From a virus, in IMG/VR virus record IMGVR_UViG_3300027759_000003, positions 32,001 through 96,000 of that record: a stretch of DNA of 64,000 nucleotides; one strand, written 5' to 3'. The position numbers were made by a program, and so were the translations under genes. The notes beneath the pieces were generated by a model. It was not told the DNA's origin and searched no databases. It worked only from the letters and a program-made list of their open reading frames with translations. The stretch's first letter is position 1; the number at the start of each line of letters is the position of its first letter. Shown here one piece after another: positions 56,490-63,960 of the stretch.

Positions 56490-56850
56490 TAGGTAGGACA
56501 AAACGGACATTGTGTCTTGTGATGTAGGTCATGTGGATAACTTGAGCGTGAAATGGGTATGTGATCTACGTCATGTGGATAACCCTCTCAGACACACCCG
56601 ACCGAGCCGGGTTGCATGTCCGATATGTCCGATATGTCGTGTGGTATATATCACTAATTACATGCGTGTTATTTACGGCGTGTCGTGTTGACTTTTGGGG
56701 TTATCCCTGCTATAATTCCATTATAGAAAATTAAATATAGAATTATTTAGGGGCGTGAGCCTAGCAAGTAAATGTGAGACAAATCACAGTGAGCCTAGCA
56801 AATAACCCCCCCTAAATTGTCAGCCCCCCCTGCTAGAATTGCAGGTATAG
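56490..56850. promoter_or_regulatory. Divergent regulatory hub (CRP boxes, DnaA boxes, sigma70 and PafBC promoters)
   Basis: CRP-like boxes 56518, 56560, 56640, 56773; TGTGGATAA 56532 and 56574; TTGACT-17-TATAAT 56688-56716; TGTCAG-N10-TAGAAT 56818-56839. Confidence 0.7.
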
Positions 56851-56880
56851 AAAGAAAGTCTCTTGAAAGGAGAACTACAA

Positions 56881-57036
56881 ATGATAAACAATAACCCTAA
56901 CAATCCCCTTATTTCGGATATTAGAAAAGCCCAACAGGCTCGCTATGACCGAGAGGATCAGAGTATCCTTGAAGCGTTAAATCAGGCTAACGCCTATCTA
57001 TCTGCTCAATACAATTTAGATGAGGAGGTTAAGTAG
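56881..57036 (+). CDS. First rightward early gene, small protein
   Basis: AGGAG RBS; 51 aa read by eye. Confidence 0.55.
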   Translation: MINNNPNNPLISDIRKAQQARYDREDQSILEALNQANAYLSAQYNLDEEVK

Positions 57037-57038
57037 TT

Positions 57039-57176
57039 ATGGAACTATTTTTAGACTTAGATGGTTTTGGTTTATATGCCGAGAGCATTGCCTTAGCAGT
57101 AGAGATACCAACATGGTTGTTGGTTGGCACTATTGCGTTCATTTATTCAATTAAATTGATTAGGAGAGACAAGTGA
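57039..57176 (+). CDS. Small membrane protein
   Basis: GAGGAGG RBS; 45 aa with a C-terminal TM segment. Confidence 0.55.
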   Translation: MELFLDLDGFGLYAESIALAVEIPTWLLVGTIAFIYSIKLIRRDK

Positions 57177-57367
57177 TACCAGTAAAACTAACAACAGTTA
57201 ACGGCTCGGTGGCAGACATGCCATTTACAAGCAAAGAAAAAATACTAGAGTTTATTGATCAATACTCTAACGCATTACCAATTGGCACAGCAGTAAACAT
57301 TGACGCACCGCTAGTTGGTATTCACTCAGGTTGGATACAAGGACGCAAGGCTACTGCTAACGCATAG
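57173..57367 (+). CDS. Small early protein (paralog of 54993-55178)
   Basis: VKLTTVNG...FIDQYSNALPIGTAV. Confidence 0.65.
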   Translation: MIPVKLTTVNGSVADMPFTSKEKILEFIDQYSNALPIGTAVNIDAPLVGIHSGWIQGRKATANA

Positions 57368-57373
57368 ACTATA

Positions 57374-57410
57374 TGGTGAGCATGCCTGCAGTGTGCTCAC
57401 TATTTTTTTT
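57374..57410 (+). terminator. Rho-independent terminator
   Basis: TGGTGAGCATGC-ctgca-GTGTGCTCACTA followed by a long T-tract. Confidence 0.85.
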
Positions 57411-58363
57411 TATTATATTATTTTTAAACATGTATCGTACATCTAAGAAAAATATTCAGATTTTGTCAAAATGAAAATTTTTTCAGATTTCCAGGGTATA
57501 GGGTATAATCAATATATGTGCCAACACGTATATAGATACACAGGTTCTGGGCTATGCGGATATTGTGGTTTGGAAACTCATGATCCTGATTGGGTCAAGA
57601 TAAATAAAATATACGCAGAGTACAAAGAAAAAGTCGGGTACTTCTACAATTCGACAACCTGGTGGTCTATATGATAGAATATATGGATGCATTTACTAGG
57701 ACTAGAAATTCGACGGGATCGTAGAGAAAAACAATACTCTATGAAGACCTGTTTTGGCTGTGGCAAAATACTCTGGGTAGCCAAAGCAAACATCAGAGCA
57801 TATAACTATTGCGGTAGTTGTAAGTAATGCCATTCTTAGAAAACCTCGAAACCTCCATAGCCGATGATGATGGTATGCCCAATAACGAAAAAGTTATAAA
57901 CAATGGTTTGGCATTAAAAGTTTTTGAAGAAGAGGTTTGTGATCATTGTTCTTGCAAAACCACGGTAACTAATGAAATGATTGAATCCCAAACCTCATTT
58001 GAGGAATAATGAATTACTTAGTTCACACAGATCCATACAATCACTTAGATAGAGGTTTGTTAATTCTTGCAATTTTGGCAGGTATAACAATTATCGCCTG
58101 GTATTTTAAAAGATAACCACCTGGTTATTTATTATATTTATTAAACAACCTTATTACACCATACCCCATACACACACATATACCAAACCACAGTATTCCC
58201 ATATATCAATTATATCACTATAGCCGCATAGAAGGTTTGACAGTTACTACACCATAGTGACTATGTATTAGTCATATTAGGTGGGAGAAGGTTTGTTATC
58301 TCTATTTTTCGGCTTCGTTAATTCCCGCCGAAATTTAAAATAAATAATGTTATAATTGGATTC

Positions 58364-58588
58364 ATGACAACTCAAGACTGGGCAGGAATGATTTTAACTT
58401 TATTGTCCATAATTGCAATTGTTGGAGTGGGCGTAAGATGGATTGTTAAAAAATACGTAGAAGATATTGTTTACGAAATGAAGCCCAATAATGGATCCTC
58501 GATGAAGGACCAAATTACAAGATTAGAAGAGAAGACTGAAAAAATTTTTGACTTAATGATCGAACATTTAAAAAATCATTCTAAATAA
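58364..58588 (+). CDS. Small membrane protein (TM + coiled coil)
   Basis: N-terminal TM; KPNNGSSMKDQITRLE motif; leaderless-type start after TGTTATAAT. Confidence 0.7.
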   Translation: MTTQDWAGMILTLLSIIAIVGVGVRWIVKKYVEDIVYEMKPNNGSSMKDQITRLEEKTEKIFDLMIEHLKNHSK

Positions 58589-58786
58589 CTATATATAAAG
58601 ATATCTTAAAAACCTATTTACAGTATATTCTTTTCTTTATATATTTTAAGTATACACCATAACTTCTGGATTTTTCGAACTTTATGCCAAACCTTTATAA
58701 CGGTTCAATAACAATTTTTATATATCTGGATTATAACGATTTGTTATAAATATAATGTGTGTTAATATATAATGTTATAATTTGAG

Positions 58787-58834
58787 TGCTGCCCCTAGGT
58801 TGCCCCCACCCCCCACTGCGCCTAGGGGTTAGCA
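58787..58834 (+). ncRNA. Candidate small hairpin RNA with a C-rich loop
   Basis: TGCTGCCCCTAGGT...GCCTAGGGGTTAGCA stem starting at the predicted TSS of TGTTATAAT (58773-58781). Confidence 0.4.
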
Positions 58835-58858
58835 TATTTTATGGTATAATCAAATATT

Positions 58859-59260
58859 ATGTGCGTATCTACAATTGAAAAATATGGCGCAACACCAGCC
58901 AACATACAGTGGACAGTAGTCCGTGGAGATAGTGCAACCCTAAAGGTAGAGTTTTTTGAAGATGACGAAACCACACCATACGACACCTCAGACTGGACAT
59001 ATAGCGCTACATCCTATGATTCCAATGGAGATGTTTTAGATGAACTTATTACTACCCCCGAAGATGGGTATGTTGAAATTTTTGCTCCAGCAAGTATTAC
59101 TGAAAATTGGGGTGGTACTAAATACCGCTCAATTGTTGCCGAACTACAGTTTGATTTACAAATAGTAATTGAGGGCGGTAGTGGTCAAAATGCAGACACC
59201 GTATGGACTCCAGTAATTGGAACCATATGTGTACTAGGTGATATAACTCCAGGTCTATAA
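58859..59260 (+). CDS. Virion accessory protein (BppU/LtfC-like beta-sandwich)
   Basis: VVRGDSATLKV...FDLQI...GTICVLGDIT pattern. Confidence 0.6.
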   Translation: MCVSTIEKYGATPANIQWTVVRGDSATLKVEFFEDDETTPYDTSDWTYSATSYDSNGDVLDELITTPEDGYVEIFAPASITENWGGTKYRSIVAELQFDLQIVIEGGSGQNADTVWTPVIGTICVLGDITPGL

Positions 59261-59353
59261 TGCCAATAGTAAAAATATCAGCAAAAAAAGATAACCTTCC
59301 ACCAATTGTTAAAATTGGTAAAAAAGTATTTAAAGTAAAGAAATAACTCTGCC

Positions 59354-60085
59354 ATGGCTAAAAGCATGGACTTCCCAGACGTTTCAAAAAAGAAAAAATA
59401 CTCCGAAGCAGTACAAGGCACCCAAGAATTAAATACACAGTATATTGCTGTTCCTGGAATCCAAGGTGAAAAAGGTGAAACTGGACCAAAGGGTGAAAAA
59501 GGTGATCAAGGTATACAAGGTTTAAAAGGAGAAAAAGGGGATAGAGGTCCCGAAGGTCCACAAGGACAGCGAGGAGAGCCAGGTAAGGGTGCAGAAGGCT
59601 ATGACAGCGTATCTGGTCAATATCCAGGATGGGCATATTATAGGAATAAAAATTTAAGTGAAGTTAGGCTTGGTCCAGAAAGAGGGGATGACGGATGGGT
59701 ATCTATAAATTTTATGAAAGACGAAGAAACATCTAATGAGATCTATATGCCAATCGGTGCAAATACTTTATGGAATAATGAATCAAAAAATTTTAACTTT
59801 AAAGCCTTAAAAATTGGAGCAAAGGTAGATGTAAGATATGACTTTACTATAACTACTTATATGAATAATACAGAGGTTTGGGCTAGGTTATTTGTTCCAG
59901 ATTATAGCAACTCTCCAATAGGATATGTTTCAACTCTAAAATATCAATACTCATACGATATGTCATATAACCAAACCATATATCTAGATGCTCAAAGAAT
60001 TAGAACACTAGGTGGAGCAATTCAATTCAGGGCAGATAATGAAAGTAATATAGTTCTAAATGGTATCTATATTGCTGTTTGTTAA
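59354..60085 (+). CDS. Collagen-like (Gly-X-Y) virion protein
   Basis: About 15 Gly-X-Y triplets followed by a globular domain. Confidence 0.8.
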   Translation: MAKSMDFPDVSKKKKYSEAVQGTQELNTQYIAVPGIQGEKGETGPKGEKGDQGIQGLKGEKGDRGPEGPQGQRGEPGKGAEGYDSVSGQYPGWAYYRNKNLSEVRLGPERGDDGWVSINFMKDEETSNEIYMPIGANTLWNNESKNFNFKALKIGAKVDVRYDFTITTYMNNTEVWARLFVPDYSNSPIGYVSTLKYQYSYDMSYNQTIYLDAQRIRTLGGAIQFRADNESNIVLNGIYIAVC

Positions 60086-60109
60086 TGGTATAATGGATCA
60101 GGAGGACTA

Positions 60110-60451
60110 ATGGCATTTCCAGGCAGTTATAGTTTTAGTTATTACCGTGGCGACACATCTCAATTTGTGGTTCGACCTAAAACAACGGATGGTTCAGCCT
60201 TTGATTTAACAGGTTATACTGCCGCTTTTACAATTGCAAATCAATCAGGACCAAGCGGTACTCAAACTGCTGCTGTTACAGTTGTTAATACAACAACAGA
60301 CATTGTAACATGCACAATTACTCCAGCAATTGGAAGAACACTTTCAGCAGGAACTTATGTCTATGACGTTCAAATTACAAACGGAACACAAATTTATACA
60401 CTACTTGCTGGATCAATTACAGTAACCAATGATATTACTGGTGCAGTATAA
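60110..60451 (+). CDS. Virion accessory protein (BppU/LtfC-like)
   Basis: YRGDT...FDLTGYT...YVYDVQI...LLAGSITVTNDIT pattern. Confidence 0.7.
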   Translation: MAFPGSYSFSYYRGDTSQFVVRPKTTDGSAFDLTGYTAAFTIANQSGPSGTQTAAVTVVNTTTDIVTCTITPAIGRTLSAGTYVYDVQITNGTQIYTLLAGSITVTNDITGAV

Positions 60452-61038
60452 TGCCTGATGTTTTATTAAACAATGACGACATTACAGTTCTTGGTCCCCC
60501 AGAAGTTGTAGAACTTCTTGTAGATATTGGACCAACAGGAACTCGTGGAAGTCAAACATTTGTTGGAATAGGAGATCCCAACACTATTGAAATTGGACAA
60601 ACCCCACTACTAAATGATTTATACATTAATACCTCTCCAGGTGCAGATTATGGATATTTATATCAATACGTATCTCAACCTGGAGGAAATACCTGGATTG
60701 AAGTTTTAGAATTAAATCCAACAATCTATTCAGTTAATCACACAACAACTTATGTCAATGGAGTTGCACAGATTGTGATTCCTATTTCAAATATTACCTC
60801 TGAAACATCACTAACTGCTAGTAACTTCAGTGTTCAATTTAGTATTGTTAATGATAATCCAGTTGCAGCCTCTATGAGCATACCCGCACTTGCTGGAAAC
60901 AATCAAAATTTAGTTATAAACTTTAAAGCAGTTGAGCATAGAACAGATGTAGATTCTGGCCCATATGGAGATTGGGCGGTTTTAGAGGGAGAAGTAACAA
61001 CACATTTATTTATAACAATTTTAGATGAGGAGTCTTAG
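60451..61038 (+). CDS. Putative virion structural protein
   Basis: VDIGPTGTRGS...GDP motif; in a structural operon. Confidence 0.6.
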   Translation: MPDVLLNNDDITVLGPPEVVELLVDIGPTGTRGSQTFVGIGDPNTIEIGQTPLLNDLYINTSPGADYGYLYQYVSQPGGNTWIEVLELNPTIYSVNHTTTYVNGVAQIVIPISNITSETSLTASNFSVQFSIVNDNPVAASMSIPALAGNNQNLVINFKAVEHRTDVDSGPYGDWAVLEGEVTTHLFITILDEES

Positions 61039-61075
61039 TCTATATCTTTATGATATAATTCTAATGAGGTGATAT

Positions 61076-61804
61076 ATGGCAGCAGAATCAATAGGTACGT
61101 TAGTACCAACTAAAATTCCAGGATTATCAGATCCTGCCGACATACAAGCAGCACTGCGTTTATATCACTATGGAGATTATACATATACTACATCAAACTC
61201 TAATACAGCAAACCTTGTAAATCCATCTATTGCTTATACAATTAATAGTTTACAAAGTCAGATAACTGCAATTGATCTTTCAACTGCACTACTAAAAACA
61301 GACTTTGCTGCTAAAGGTGATCTACTTTCTGCTTCAGCAAATGACACATTATCTATTTTATCTGTTGGAAGTAATGGAACAGTTTTAACAGCCAACTCAG
61401 CAACAGCATCAGGTTTAGCCTGGACAACACCAGATGTTACACTTACTAATAGTGCAACACTAACTAATAAAACTTTAACTGCTCCAGTTATAAATCTTTC
61501 AATTAATCCACAAACAGTTGCCTATGAACTTGTTCTTGCCGATAATGGAAAAATGGTTGAGGTGTCAAGTGCTTCTGCAGTTACCTTGTCAATTCCAACA
61601 AACGCCAACCAAGCATTTGCAACAGGTGCACAAATTACAATTTTACAAACAAGCACGGGACAGGTAACTATTGCAGCAACTACTCCAGGAACTACAACTG
61701 TAAACGGAACTCCAGGATTAAAATTAAGAGCACAATGGTCATCTGCCGTATGTATTAAACGTGCTACTGACTCTTGGGTTGTTCTTGGAGACTTAGTTGC
61801 ATAA
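61076..61804 (+). CDS. Putative tail-fibre-like structural protein
   Basis: AKGDLL...LSVGSNGTVLTANSATASGLAW repeat and C-terminal YELVLADNGK...LRAQWSSA...WVVLGDL domain. Confidence 0.7.
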   Translation: MAAESIGTLVPTKIPGLSDPADIQAALRLYHYGDYTYTTSNSNTANLVNPSIAYTINSLQSQITAIDLSTALLKTDFAAKGDLLSASANDTLSILSVGSNGTVLTANSATASGLAWTTPDVTLTNSATLTNKTLTAPVINLSINPQTVAYELVLADNGKMVEVSSASAVTLSIPTNANQAFATGAQITILQTSTGQVTIAATTPGTTTVNGTPGLKLRAQWSSAVCIKRATDSWVVLGDLVA

Positions 61805-62379
61805 TGTCAAGACTAGGACCCGTATCATCTTCTGCTGGTCGTAAACCAGGAACACCAACAATTGGGTCTGCAACTGCTGGCGATGGTCAAGCAAGTGTAA
61901 CATTTACAGCACCAACATATTTAGGTAAACCAAATTCTTCTTTAACTTATACAGTAGTTTCATCTCCTAGTTCAATTTCTAATACTGGATCTGGATCACC
62001 AATTACAGTTACTGGATTATCAAATGGAACATCTTATAGTTTTACAGTAAAGTTAAGTAATACTGTTTTAGATTCTGAGTTTTCATCAGCAAGCAATAAC
62101 GTTTCTCCAGCAGGAGCAGCACCACCACCCCCACCTCCTCCTCCCCCACCACCCGTAACGCCACCACCTGTAACGCCGCCACCTGCGACGCCACCACCTG
62201 CGACGCCACCACCTGCGACGCCACCACCTGCGACGCCACCACCTGCGACGCCACCACCTGTTCAAAACAAATCTTGTACTACACAAGATGTTATTAATGG
62301 TCTATGCTATCCAAGCGGATGTTGTGGTGGTGTTCGTGGAGGACAGTGTGGATATACAACAACTTGTAATTATGGATAA
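61804..62379 (+). CDS. FN3 + proline-rich (extensin-like) protein with Cys-rich tip
   Basis: FN3 (SPITVTGLSNGTSYSFTV), poly-Pro run, (PPP[V/A]T)n repeats, Cys-rich C-terminus. Confidence 0.8.
   Translation: MSRLGPVSSSAGRKPGTPTIGSATAGDGQASVTFTAPTYLGKPNSSLTYTVVSSPSSISNTGSGSPITVTGLSNGTSYSFTVKLSNTVLDSEFSSASNNVSPAGAAPPPPPPPPPPPVTPPPVTPPPATPPPATPPPATPPPATPPPATPPPVQNKSCTTQDVINGLCYPSGCCGGVRGGQCGYTTTCNYG
62146..62260 (+). repeat. Coding tandem repeat, 15-bp unit CCACCACCTGCGACG
   Basis: About 7 near-exact units encoding PPP(A/V)T. Confidence 0.9.
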
Positions 62380-62412
62380 GATAAGATATACTTTTAATAA
62401 GGAGAAAAATAT

Positions 62413-62778
62413 ATGGTAACAGATGCTTCAATTGATTATATTTATAGCCCAGAAATTCCAGGCATAGGGGTTGCCTTTGTTATTGATAGAGAGGTTTTGT
62501 ATACTGCTCCAGTCTGGGCTACATTTGGACAAAAATTATTAGACGCTACAGAATTTAGAGATGTCTCATCTGAATATATAGAACATAATGGTATGACAAT
62601 AGAAATATTAATAGATGATCAAGTAGTAGAAACATGGCAAACCACAGAGTATGTAGGTTCAATTTTACTTTCAAATCCATTAATATTAGATTTATCAAAA
62701 TATGAAAATGGCGGATATGTAGAAGATTTAAAGGCTAGTTTTGACGGTGTAAAATTTATTATTAAAACAGGGGAATAA
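62413..62778 (+). CDS. Hypothetical protein
   Basis: AGGAG RBS; AFVID.EV...SILLSNP motif. Confidence 0.65.
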   Translation: MVTDASIDYIYSPEIPGIGVAFVIDREVLYTAPVWATFGQKLLDATEFRDVSSEYIEHNGMTIEILIDDQVVETWQTTEYVGSILLSNPLILDLSKYENGGYVEDLKASFDGVKFIIKTGE

Positions 62779-62779
62779 T

Positions 62780-63004
62780 ATGAGTAAGTGGTCAGAGTAT
62801 AAAGAAAAAAATGGATCAACTCCACTGGATTTTTTAAATCCAAGAACTAACCGTGTTAGTGATGAAGTTGCAAAATCAAGACTTGATATATGCATATCTT
62901 GCCCAGAATTAATACAAATTACAAAACAATGTAAAAAATGTAGATGTTTTATGACAGCAAAAACAAAAATTGAAGCATCCAGATGCCCAATAGGAAAATG
63001 GTAA
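62780..63004 (+). CDS. Small Cys-rich protein
   Basis: RLDICISCPEL...QCKKCRCFM..KTK....CPIGKW. Confidence 0.75.
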   Translation: MSKWSEYKEKNGSTPLDFLNPRTNRVSDEVAKSRLDICISCPELIQITKQCKKCRCFMTAKTKIEASRCPIGKW

Positions 63005-63960
63005 TGAATAAGATTTATGTTTCAATAGCATCTTATCGAGATCCATATTTACAAAGTACAATAGATTCACTTTTTCTTGAAGCAGATAATCCAGAAAATA
63101 TAACAGTTGGATGTTTTATACATGCTTTAAAAAATGAAATTAAAGATTTAAGCCTAAAAAAAACATATAACAATAAAGTTAAATATGAAATTGAGCAGGC
63201 TGGTACAGTTTTTAGCGTTACCGCTTGTAGAAATCGTTGTTTAAAATGGCTTGACAGTACTTATAAATACACCTTACAAGTAGACTCTCATTCAAGATTT
63301 GATAAAGGATGGGATACAAAATTAATTAATATTATAGAGTCTACAGGTGATAATAAAGCAATACTTAGCGGTGCGTTACCAGTTTTTGATATTTTAGAAG
63401 ATGGCACAGAAGAAAAAAAACAACAAGATTATCCAGTTTCATTTACTGTGCATACTGACACAACCAAAGAGAATATTTTGCATTCCTACGACCTATCTCC
63501 AAGGGGAATAGTTTTACAAACACTTGAAAACAAGGAATACGCTATTGATTGGTATTTAACTGGACATTTTATTTTTTCTTTAAGTGATTATTTTAAAAAA
63601 ATTCCACAACCAGACTGGGTTTTATTTTGGGGAGAAGAAGTTTTAAACGGTGTTAGAGCCTTTACTGCTGGATATAACGTTTATATTCCAAAAAATGTAC
63701 CAATTTATCATTTGTATTCTGATAGAATAAAAAGACCAAGATTAGTTCAAGATTTTCCAGAAAAATATTTTTTATTAAGAGACTATACAACAGACAGAAT
63801 TATTGATATACTAATAGGTAAAGATATTAAAGAAAATGATATTTTTTATGAAAGAAGTATAGAAAGTTTTTATAACTACGTTGGTTATAATTTAGGAGAA
63901 TTATTTGATTCTTGGAGAAATTGGAGAAAAGAGTTAATTGATAAGGGGAGAAATGAATAA
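63004..63960 (+). CDS. GT60-like GlcNAc transferase (Skp1 hydroxyproline GlcNAc-T family)
   Basis: IYVSIASYRDP...TI.SLF..ADNPENITVG, LQVDSHSRF.KGWD, FWGEE...VRAFTAGY and YHLY motifs. Confidence 0.8.
   Translation: MNKIYVSIASYRDPYLQSTIDSLFLEADNPENITVGCFIHALKNEIKDLSLKKTYNNKVKYEIEQAGTVFSVTACRNRCLKWLDSTYKYTLQVDSHSRFDKGWDTKLINIIESTGDNKAILSGALPVFDILEDGTEEKKQQDYPVSFTVHTDTTKENILHSYDLSPRGIVLQTLENKEYAIDWYLTGHFIFSLSDYFKKIPQPDWVLFWGEEVLNGVRAFTAGYNVYIPKNVPIYHLYSDRIKRPRLVQDFPEKYFLLRDYTTDRIIDILIGKDIKENDIFYERSIESFYNYVGYNLGELFDSWRNWRKELIDKGRNE

Noticed and set aside
62042-62286. Antisense ORFs with WWRRR / VVASQ repeats
   Set aside because: Reverse-strand readings of the 15-bp proline repeat
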